From Takakia lepidozioides (lineage: Eukaryota; Plantae; Bryophyta), in contig CM060733.1 in the NCBI GenBank assembly GCA_030704615.1, positions 34,596,001 through 34,660,000 on the forward strand: a stretch of 64,000 nucleotides of DNA, in the 5' to 3' direction. Shown here piece after piece: positions 27,806 to 37,575 of the stretch (position 1 is its first letter; every line of letters starts with the position of its first letter). Position numbers and translations under genes: made by a program. The notes beneath the pieces are model-generated. The model saw only the letters and a program-made list of their open reading frames with translations, searched no databases and was not told the DNA's origin.

Positions 27806-29339
27806 TCGTATCTATGAGTGCTAGATACGAGTTAGTTGTAGCACTTGTGGTTTTTGCTTGAGAATGAGAGAAACCAAGTTGTTATGCAAGGAGCACCGTG
27901 GAGCTCTTGGTTGTTAGAAGCGGAGGCGATGTGGTTACGAGGTGGTAAACCTTGGCATTCGATCTTCAGCTTCAGAGATGAAAGCACCATACTGTAGGTA
28001 ATTCCAGAGCACCTTGATGGTTTCAGATTGTGTACATGCATGAGCAAGCACGATTGGGAAGAGGACCAGTCAAGAGCAGGTTATAGTGGCTTTGGTGGCA
28101 AAGCTGAGAACTGGACTTGGGAATGCGAGCTGTCATTGTGTGAAGGATTGCAAGACCAAGCGAAAGGGCTGATTTGGCTTGGGGCAAATCAGTGCACTTT
28201 GTGGAGTATGGTGAGATTGGGTTTCAATCTCGAGCTTCAGCATTGAGAGGGCTCTTGTCATGGCAAGAGCAGGGCTGGAACAGGAGCTAAGAGGTGCGGC
28301 AAGGCCATGGAATGTGCACCTAGGGTTTCAGAGCTTGGAAGAAGAGCTCTTGCACCACAAGAGAAGTGTCTTGTGGCTGGAAATGTAAGCCTTAGGGTTT
28401 CAGGAGCTTGGCAAAGGCTGTGGAGTGCTTAGTCTTGTCTTAGAGAGCATCAAGGAGCCAAGGAGCCAAGATAGGGGGCTGATATCTCTTGTGTGAAGAG
28501 GTTGCATGTGTGGAGCATGTATTCAGCTCATTGAAGCTTCCATCTTCAAGCTTGGAGGGCAAGCAAGGAAGAGGGAAGGGCTGACTTCCCTTATGAGGGC
28601 AAGTATGTGGAGCAGCTATCAGCCTGTGAAGGCTTGCACTTTAGGTGTGGGAGTGCAAGAAAGGAAGGAAGGGGCTGGTTTCCCTGTAGGGCATATTAGA
28701 GCATGCTTTCAGCTGCTGAAGCTGATTCTCTTATGGTGAGAGTGGGGCATGTGTGGAGCAAGGTTTGTGGGGTGCAAGAATTAAGCAAAGGAGCTTATTC
28801 TCTTATGGTGAGAGTGGGGCATGTGTGGGATCATGCCCTTCAGCCCATTGAGGCTCTTGTTTTCAAGCCTTAGAGAGCTAGAAGTGAAGGTCTAGGGCTG
28901 GTTTCCACTTGGAGTGAAAGAACAGCACTTGTAGGCCTTGTGAGTTGGTTTTCAAACTTCAAAGCTTGAAAGTGCGCCAACTCTTGAAGCAACAGGTGTA
29001 GAGGGCTGGAATAGGCTCTAGACAGATGTTATGGCCAATGAGGGGAGTGCTTGAATGAGTGCTCACAGGGCTGGGAACCACAGGGCTTTGGTTGTTTGCC
29101 ATGGAGTTTAGTGTCGTGTTTGGGGAGGCTAAGTGAGAAAGAAGGCTTGGGTTTGTGGCAACCACCTCATGGCTTAGGCTACATTGTGGTGGTGTGTGGA
29201 GCCGAAAGAGCAAGGATACCTTGCTGATTTCCTCACATCCACCATAAGCTCGGTGGAAGAAGCTAGAGTCCAAGGACACAAACCCTAGCTTGGCGTGGGC
29301 TAACCCCTTGGAGAAATGCTAAACTGCCAGAGCGGCCAT

Positions 29340-31260
29340 GTGTGGGGCTGTGACAGGCTGTGGCAAATCTTGACGGGCTGTGTCAAGCTGTGACAGGCTG
29401 TGATGGGCTGTGTCAGGCTTGACACAGGCTGTGCCCAGTGCCTTTGGGGCTGTGACGGGCTTGCGGGGCTGTGCCAAGGCTGTGCCCTGAGGCCTGTGGG
29501 GCTGTGACGGGCTGTGACAAGCTGTGCCCATGGCCTGTGGGCTGGTGACGGGCTGTGACAGCTGTGATGGGTGTGCTGTGGATGGGCTGTGACAAAAGCT
29601 GTGTCCCTGTGCCCTGTGGGGCTGTGACGGCTGTGACAGGCTTGCCTGAGGCCTTTGGGGCTGTGACGGGCCCTGTGTGGGTCTGTGACATGCGTGCCCT
29701 GTGCCCTGTGGGGCTTGACGGGCTGTTCGCTGTGGCGAGCTGGGACGGGCTGTCGGGTCTGTGACAGGCTGTGCCCTTGAGGCCTGTTGGGATGTGAAGG
29801 GCTGTGACAGGCTGTGCGAGCTTTGACGTGTTTCCCCTTGCCTTTGGGGCTGTGGCTGTGAAGGGCTGTGACAGGCTGTGGGCCATTGGCCTTGTGGGGC
29901 TGTGGAACGGGCTGTTAAAGGCTGTGATGGCTGTGATGGCTGTGTACAGGCTGTGTCCCTGTGCCCTGTGGGGCTGTGAACGGGTGTGTCAGGCTGTGAC
30001 AGGCTGGCCCAGTGGCCTTTGGGGCTGGACGGGGCTGTTACAGGCCGTGCCTGAGGCCTTTGGGTGTGACGGGCTGTAGGGCTTGTGACGGCTGTGCCCT
30101 GTGCCCTTGGGCGTGACGGGCTTGGTCAGGCTGTGGGAGCTGTGACGGGCTGTGAGGGGCTGTGACAGGCTGTGCCCAGGGCCTGTTGGGGCTGTTGACG
30201 GGCTGTACCGGCTGTGGCAAGCTTTGACCGGTTGGATGGGCTGTGAGGGGCTGTGACAGGGTGTGCCCTGTGCCCTGTGGGGCTGTGACGGGCTGTGTGG
30301 CTGTGACATTGCGTGCCCATGGCCTTTGGGGCTGTGACGGGCTGTGCGGGGCTGTGACAGGCTGTGCCCTGAGGCCTTGGGCTGTGACGGGCTGTGACAG
30401 GCTGTGCCCATGGCCTTTGGGGCTGTGACGGGCTTTGATGGGCTGTGACAGGCCGTGCCTGATGGCCTTTGAGGCTGTGACGGGCTGTGAGGGGCTGTGA
30501 CAGCCTGTGCCCATGGCCTTTGGGGCTGTGACGCTGGAGGTGTGCTGTGACAGGCCGTGCCTGGGGCCTTTGGGGCTGTGAGGGCTGTGAGGGCTGTGAC
30601 AGGCCGTGCCCATGGCCTTTGGGGCTGTGACGGGCTGTGAGGGGCTGTGACAGGCCGTGCCTGAGGCCTTTGGGGCTGTGAGGGGCTGTGAGGGGCTGTG
30701 ACAGGCCGTGCCCTAGGCCCTTTGAGGCGTGACGGGCTGTGATGGGCTGTGGCAGCTGTGACATGCCTGTGATGGCTGTGATGGGCTGTGACAGGCTGTG
30801 CCCTGTGCCCTGTGACAGGCTGTGAGGGGCTGTGACAGGCCGTGCCCATGGCCTTTGGGGCTGTGACGGGCTGTGAGGGGCTGTGACAGGCCGTGCCCAT
30901 GGCCTTTGGGGCTGTGAGGGGCTGTGAGGGGCTGTGACAGGCCGTGCCTGAGGCCTTTGGGGCTGTGACGGGCTGTGAGGGGCTGTGACAGGCCGTGCCC
31001 ATGGCCTTTGGGGCTGTGACGGGCTGTGACGGGCTGTGACAGGCCGTGCCTGAGGCCTTTGAGGCTGTGAGGGCTGTGAGGGGCTGTGACAGGCCGTGCC
31101 TGAGGCCTTTGAGGCTGTGACAGGCTGTGAGGGGCTGTGCACAGGCTGTGCCCAGTGGCCTGTGGGACTGTGACGGCTGTGACCAGTGAGCTGTGTGGGC
31201 CTGTGCTGGTCTGTGGTGGCCCGTGTTGACCTGTGGACGGCCTGTGCTGACTCGTGGAGG
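29340..31260. repeat. Minisatellite in the retroelement leader: 10-bp GGCTGTGACR subunits forming a 51-bp higher-order unit
   Basis: Unit GGCCTTTGGGGCTGTGACGGGCTGTGAGGGGCTGTGACAGGCCGTGCCCAT recurs at 30850, 30901, 30952 and onward. Most homogeneous at 30300-31130. Confidence 0.95.
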
Positions 31261-31919
31261 CACTGGTGGACTGCCTAAGGACTGGCATGTGGTCTGGAAG
31301 GCCGAATTTTGAAGCTCGTGGAGGGCGGTTTGAGGAGTATCTTCATGATATTCCCATGGTCATGCAAGTGAGGATAGAGAGGAGAGGCAGAGTGTTGGGA
31401 TGAGAGCATGCTGGGGTTAGGCATTGCTTTAGCTTCTCTTCCTCGTAGTTTCCACCCTCTCATTAGGCCAAGACCTTTCCGTAGGTGGAGGCAAGAGTCA
31501 GTCCGGGTTTGGGCTGGGGTGTCCTTGCAGGAGCAACACCGTGGAGTTGTTTTTGGTGTGGGGAGTTGTCGTTCTGATTTCTTGTGTTTGGATCCCCTCC
31601 ATACCTGCATGCTTGACTGTGCGCCATGCTAGTTTTGTGTGGGCGCTTGTTTTTATAGGTGATTGGTCCGGATTTGATCACCGGCCAGTCCTAGAGCATG
31701 CTGTCGATGGTGAGGCTGGGGTGATGACCAGCCAGACCATCATTGTTTCTCCTGTGGTGAGGTTGGAGGTGATGACCAGCCAACCATAGGAGTGCTTGCG
31801 GTGGATGCAGGTACAGGTGTAGGCTATGTTAGGAACTTAGTATTCCAAACCATAAGCCGCAACAGGTTCTCTACCCGGTTACCTTGTGGAGAGGGGGTTA
31901 GGGACATGTTCATGACCGG

Positions 31920-33190
31920 TTGAGTGTCAACACGGAGGTGCCACTAGTTGCTGGGGACAGTGCCGGTTCGAGCACTAGCGATACTAGTGGGTACACGAGA
32001 CGAGGTGTGCGGTTTAGGCCACCTTCACCTCCTGTGTCTTCCACGGAAGGTTCTGATTCGGATTGTGAATCAGGAGGGCTCATACCGGCGGTGCAAGTTG
32101 TTTCTTTGCCATTGTTGTGGGACACAATGGAGGAGATGTATGGAGCTACCAAGGGGCCACGAAGGTACTCTGGGGCGGTGGGCACCATTGAGTTGGATGA
32201 TTTTATCCAAGAGTTTGATAGTTGGTGTGATTTGCAGCAAATGCGCAATCCACAACTATTTACGCCGTTCATGGCATGGAAAGGGCTGTTTCAGCACCTT
32301 GAGGGGCCGCCTATGGATGATTACCATGAGTTCAGGCGGGGGCATGAGGTTGAGATCGAGGAGTGGAGGATGTACTGGTCACCCGACTATGTCTCCATCA
32401 CTAGGGGCACTAGAGCCACGAGGGCAGTGGCTACACCTGCCGCTGCACCGGCAGCTTCAGCAAGCAGCAGTGGGACTGGTGGTACAGTAGCTACGACGTC
32501 CACCCAAGCCACTACCGCACCAGCACTAGCACCCGTGCCTGCCTTCAACCCTGTTGTGGAGTTCTTCGAAGAGTTGAGAGGGAACTACCAAGGGGTGAGG
32601 ACAGAGAAGTTGCGGAGCTTGCAAGAGTTCCAACGGAAGCCGACCGAGAGCTTGAGGGAGGCTTTCACTCGCATGAGGCGCTTGATAAATGTAACCCAAG
32701 GGGTTACGGAAGCTCAGGCAGTCCAATTCTGGTATGGGATATTGGACAAGGAGCTGAGGAGAAGGGTGCGGGATGCAACTCTCCTACAAGCGGCCCAACC
32801 CACCTTAGCAAATGTGTTTTTGCTGGCAGAGCGGATAGAGCTCAACATGGTGGAGGAACGAGTGGTCATGGTGGGATTTGCTAAGGAGACACCACGGGGT
32901 AGTGGTGCTCCTAGCCAACCACTACCTCAACGTGCTCAAGGCAACAAGGGGGCTCAGGTGAAGCTCAGGGAAGGGCAGAGAGGACCTCAGATGCAGGGGT
33001 CTCTCCCTTCATTTGCTGGCCAACAACGGGCGGATGTGGTGTGCTGGACATGTGGAGGACCCCATGTCAAGAAGGATTGTCCAGAGGGAGGCAAAGGGCC
33101 GGCACATGCACAGCCTGCACAGTTACAGTGTGGGCATTGTGGCAACACGGGCATGGAGAGGCTCAGTGTTATGGTTTGCATCCTGAGTTG
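31920..33190 (+). CDS. Retrotransposon Gag with two zinc knuckles
   Basis: LDDFIQEFDSWC, FQRKPTESLREAFTRMRRL, CWTCGGPHVKKDC, and CGHCGNT/GHGEAQC completed across a 1-nt frameshift near 33150. Confidence 0.9.
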
Positions 33191-34790
33191 CGCCCAGGCC
33201 AGTTCCAAGGGAACAATGGTGGCCGGGGGCGAGGTGGAGCAGCCCAGAGGGGACGAGGTGGCCAGCCACGAGGTGCAGGCCAAGGGCAAGCTCAACGTGG
33301 CCAAGGACGCGGAGGTCAGGGTGTTGACCAAGGCATGGCCAACCGGCTTCAGCAGCTAGAGCAGAGGCTCGCTGCCATGGCTACAGCTCAGGTGGTACCG
33401 GCTCTAAGGCCGGATGGTCCACCTCCTGCTCCTGAGGGAGGAGATATGGGAGGCATGGGATTCATGTGTGGAGCAGCACTACCACTAGTGCAGGTGGAGT
33501 CTGCTGCAGCCGTGACTCGAGGAGCAGCACGAGTTCCTGAGCCACGAGGTGCAGAGGTGGAGTTGGATCCACAGCGTGGGGAGGCAAGCCGTCAGGCTAG
33601 GCTTCCTCAGTCATTCACATTGGCGGAGACAGTGTCGACGCCATCCATGGCACCTAGTTCTCGCCCGACTGTTACCGAGGCGGAGGTCACTATGCCATTG
33701 GGGAGAGCTACACGGGTAGCACCACTACCTAGTGTTGCCAAGGCTACGGCAGCTAGTGTGCTGCTAGGAGCGGCCACATCTGTGTGCCAGGCTCCATTGT
33801 TCTCGGCTACCATGATTGCGACGCCGGGGGTAAGACCAGCTGAGGTGTTCAGGCTGGCAGCTACACTCTGTGAGAGTGGGGAGGTTACTTCATCTTCTGC
33901 GGAGATAGTGGGAGGTGTAGTGCCGGAGGGATCCTCGGATTTGAGGGTCAAGACTGCCACGGCGGCGCCATGGCAAGCTGCAGCTGCCAGGTTGATGGAG
34001 CTGCCAGCTAGGCCAGCCATTGAGCGCGCCATGGTGACACCTGGAGTTGTCATGTTAGACAACCAGGATGGCATTTTCTGTTTGAGTGGACCGGCAGGCA
34101 AGAGGTACCGGCCACTGCGAGTCTTGTTGGACTCGGGAGCTCAGCCACTGATGCTGGGCAGAGCTGCTATTGCAGGCTTGGGCCTCACGGAGGCGGATAT
34201 GGAGCCTTGTCCTTTCCAGATACAGACGTCTCTGGGAGGATCGGAGCAGGCTCGGGGCATGACACGGCATGAGTTGGCTATCAGACTACGGCCGGATCAC
34301 CCTACAGATGGCTCAGTGATGCGAGCCAAGGCCATTGTGACAGACGCAGTCTCATACGATGTCCTGGTTGGTGGGGCAGTGTTGTACCCCATGGGCTTCA
34401 CCCTGGATTTTTGGGAGGAGTCAGCTTCCTATAGGCCTGCATGGCAGTCAGGGGAGGGCCGGCGTGTGCAGCTCCCTGTGACGTTCATAGGAGGAGTTGC
34501 GGTTGCCCAGCGAGGCAAGATGCCGACACTAGCAGCATTCACAGCGGCAGTGAGTTGGCCTAGAGAGTTGCTTGAGGGCAATGCTCATTCAGAGGATGTA
34601 CCACCTCCGGGAGAGCAGGATGACATGTATGGTATGGCGGAGTTGCCTACCATGGTTGCTCAGACTCCATTGTGGGGCACGAGCAAGGATTTGCAGCGGG
34701 ATGCTGATCGACGGGTGCAACAAGCCTGGGTGGAGGCTTTTGTACCGTCAGGAGAGGAGGAGAGTGTGGGATTGCACCAGGACCACCTCA
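33041..34790 (+). CDS. Gag-Pol linker and aspartic protease
   Basis: RVLLDSGAQPLML (Asp codon at 34130) and YDVLVGGAVLY, preceded by an RGG-rich segment. Confidence 0.85.
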
Positions 34791-34791
34791 A

Positions 34792-36090
34792 TTGTCTCCA
34801 TTGGACACCACACCTATTGTGTGGCAGTCTCCGGATGAAGGCATTTGTCTTCTGGACTTGTTTGGCGGGATCAGCACCGGATTGGCTGCTGTGTTACAGG
34901 CAGGTGTACGAGTTCGGCGTTACCTGTATGTGGAGAGGGATGAGACTGCACGACGCGTTTCACTTCGCCATGTTGCTCAGTTGGTGCAGCGGTACCCTGA
35001 GTTGTTGTCGGTGTCTGCAATTCGTGGATATCAGCAGGCCTTGCCAGCAGACATTTCGTTGCTGGGGGCGCAGGATTTGGAGCGGGTTGGCTCCATTGAT
35101 CTGGTAGTGGCAGGTTGGCCCTGCCAAGGGCATTCATCAGCCGGGCATGGCAATGGATTGCGAGACTCGAGGTCGGGTCTGTTTTGGGAGATGGTGCGGG
35201 TTTTGCGCCACTTGCAGCTTCATCAAGCTGTATCTCCAGCATACATCTTGGAGAATGTGCCACTGATGGGCGATTCTCGGGCCAGGGTGATGGCCAGTGT
35301 GCATCAAGTCCGGTCGTGGCTTGGGTCAGCAGTGTTGCTAGATGCAGCTACAGTGGGGTCACGGGCTCATCGTCCACGGCTATGGTGGACTAACATGATG
35401 CCACCCGCACTGCTCAAGCGTGCATTTGATGGGGTGCAGCGGCCAGCACATCTCACAGTGGATAACATTCTGGACACAGGGAGGCAGTCTCAACGTGTGA
35501 GACACGATGACCGTTCGCCTTTGGCAGTGGTCAACAAGGTGGGTCAACCACGAGCAGCATTACCTACACTGCTCAGCTTCCCAGGATCGCATGCTTTCCG
35601 GGATAGTGGACCTGGCCTCCTGTGGGATGCTCAGTTGCAGCAGTTAGTGGAGCCTAATGCTGACGAGCGTGAGCGGGCAATGGGTTTTACCACTGGTACC
35701 ACGGCGGTGTCGTCTCTTTCTGAGGCATCACGTCGTCAAGTGTTGGGGCAAGCAATGGATCTCAATTGCTTGACCTGGATTATCAGCTTGGCTCTAGCTG
35801 AGCAACGCAGAGTGCGGAATACACTTCCCTCAATGGTCTCTCTGCCTACCGAGACGGTACAGGCAGTGAGTGGGGGCGAGCATATGAGGACCACGGGGTG
35901 CATGCATCCATGGCACACGTGGGAGGTGCTCGAGGTTCAGAGGGAGTTGGCAGCCAAGGCGGCTGTGATGGATGAGGTTGGGGATTCTTCTCGAGTTGAG
36001 GAGGTCCTCAAGGATGAGATGATGGGGCAGGATGATGCCTTGTCATTGACTGAGCAGGTAGGGAGTACTGCTCAAGAGGTTGCAGCATAG
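34792..36090 (+). CDS. C5 cytosine DNA methyltransferase domain (DNMT3-like, non-permuted) embedded in pol
   Basis: Motif I LDLFGGI, II YVERD, III ADI, IV GWPCQG (Cys codon 35122), VI ENV, VIII AHRPRLWWTN, IX ERERAMGF, X RRQVLGQAMD, all in one uninterrupted frame. Confidence 0.95.
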   Translation: MSPLDTTPIVWQSPDEGICLLDLFGGISTGLAAVLQAGVRVRRYLYVERDETARRVSLRHVAQLVQRYPELLSVSAIRGYQQALPADISLLGAQDLERVGSIDLVVAGWPCQGHSSAGHGNGLRDSRSGLFWEMVRVLRHLQLHQAVSPAYILENVPLMGDSRARVMASVHQVRSWLGSAVLLDAATVGSRAHRPRLWWTNMMPPALLKRAFDGVQRPAHLTVDNILDTGRQSQRVRHDDRSPLAVVNKVGQPRAALPTLLSFPGSHAFRDSGPGLLWDAQLQQLVEPNADERERAMGFTTGTTAVSSLSEASRRQVLGQAMDLNCLTWIISLALAEQRRVRNTLPSMVSLPTETVQAVSGGEHMRTTGCMHPWHTWEVLEVQRELAAKAAVMDEVGDSSRVEEVLKDEMMGQDDALSLTEQVGSTAQEVAA

Positions 36091-37575
36091 CAACCACGGG
36101 ACGCGTCCTCTACCTCTAAGCCCACTGGACTTAAGGTTGCAGTTACGGAGGACAATTGGGAGCCTGACATTGGACCCATTGTCACCGGAGGAGAGAGACG
36201 ACGTATACGGCGGTTCCTGAGGGCTTACAGGAATTGCTTTGCCTTCAGTTTGAAGGACTTGGGAGCACTGAAGGGTCAAGAGATCCGTATTGAGTTGGCC
36301 ACTGACACGCCAATCTTTCGGAGACCCTATAGATACAGTGACATGGAGAGGTCTTTGATTCAGATGAGGACTCAAGATCTCTGGGAGGCAGGTTTGGTGG
36401 AGCTCTCTGGTGGAGAGTATGCTTCAGCCACAGTGATGCCAGCCAAGAAGGATGTCTATGGCAATTGGACGGAGAGACGTATGTGCGGTGATTACCGGCC
36501 TGTAAATCGTCAGACCAAGTCCGATAAGTATGCCATGCCAACACCAGAGGAGATCTTTGATGCCATCGGGCATGCTAAGGCCTTTAGCACTTTGGATTTA
36601 CGATCCGGATATCACCAGTTGCCAATCAAGGAGGCGGACAAGCAGAAGACGGCATTCTGGGGGATCAATGAGCACGGCAAGGATTGCCTATATCAGTGGC
36701 GGTTCTTACCATTTGGGCTTAAGAATGCTCCTGCAGAGTTTCAGAGAGTCATGGATAGGATTCTAGCAGGGGTGGACTTTGCTCGGTGCTACATAGATGA
36801 CATCATCATCTTTAGTGTTACGATGGAGGAGCATGAGAGACACCTTCAGGTGGTATTGGAGCGCTTGAGAGCGCACGGATTGAAGTTGCATCCGGGGAAG
36901 TGCAAGTTTTTCCACAACCAGATTGAGTATCTGGGTCACATGATATATCCTGGAGGATTGGGGGTACAGCAGACTAAGGTAGAGGCCATTGCACAAATTC
37001 CACGCCCCACGGATGTGAGCCGAGTTCGAGCTTTCATGGGGTTGGCAAACTATTATAGACGGTTTGTCAAGGGATTTAGTACCATTGCAAAGGCTCTAAC
37101 CAAGCTGACCAAGGTGGACCAGGAGTGGCAGTGGGAAGATGAGCAGGAACGAGCTTTTCAAGAGCTCAAGGCGAGGTTGACCTCGGCGCCTATCTTGAGA
37201 CGACCTATCAGGGGGCGTCCCTTTCAGCTGCATACGGATTGGAGCATGCTGGGGCTTGGAGCGGTGCTCACACAGGTGGATGATGAGGGAAGAGAGTTCG
37301 TAGTGGCTTACGCTAGCCGCTCGAACAACGCTGCAGAGGCTAAGTACAGCTCATATGAGGGAGAGTGCTTAGCTGCAGTGTGGGCCGTGGCACACTTCAG
37401 GTGCTATCTATACGGCAATCTTTTCACCCTTGTCACGGATCACCAGCCACTCAAGTGGTTGATGGAGTCAGACAAGCTTACGGGAAGCTTGCACGGTGGG
37501 CACTTATACTCCAGGAGTATGACTTTCAGGTTGTGCATCGACCGGGTTTGGTCAATCGGGATGCGGATGGATTGA
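36091..37575 (+). CDS. Reverse transcriptase and RNase H (Ty3/Gypsy), same frame as the DNMT after a single TAG
   Basis: RMCGDYRPVN, LDLRSGYHQ, PFGLKNAPAEFQ, YIDD (36790), FQLHTDWS, VAYASR, YSSYEGECLA, VTDHQPL. Confidence 0.96.
   Translation, partial: QPRDASSTSKPTGLKVAVTEDNWEPDIGPIVTGGERRRIRRFLRAYRNCFAFSLKDLGALKGQEIRIELATDTPIFRRPYRYSDMERSLIQMRTQDLWEAGLVELSGGEYASATVMPAKKDVYGNWTERRMCGDYRPVNRQTKSDKYAMPTPEEIFDAIGHAKAFSTLDLRSGYHQLPIKEADKQKTAFWGINEHGKDCLYQWRFLPFGLKNAPAEFQRVMDRILAGVDFARCYIDDIIIFSVTMEEHERHLQVVLERLRAHGLKLHPGKCKFFHNQIEYLGHMIYPGGLGVQQTKVEAIAQIPRPTDVSRVRAFMGLANYYRRFVKGFSTIAKALTKLTKVDQEWQWEDEQERAFQELKARLTSAPILRRPIRGRPFQLHTDWSMLGLGAVLTQVDDEGREFVVAYASRSNNAAEAKYSSYEGECLAAVWAVAHFRCYLYGNLFTLVTDHQPLKWLMESDKLTGSLHGGHLYSRSMTFRLCIDRVWSIGMRMD

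Noticed and set aside
29319-31288. Long minus-strand ORFs as real mucin-like genes
   Set aside because: They are explained by a stop-poor tandem repeat and are open in several frames at once.
34792-36090. Bacterial Dcm contamination or host DNMT/DRM gene
   Set aside because: The domain is intronless, in frame with RT, inside TSD-bounded termini, and flanked by plant genes and TEs.
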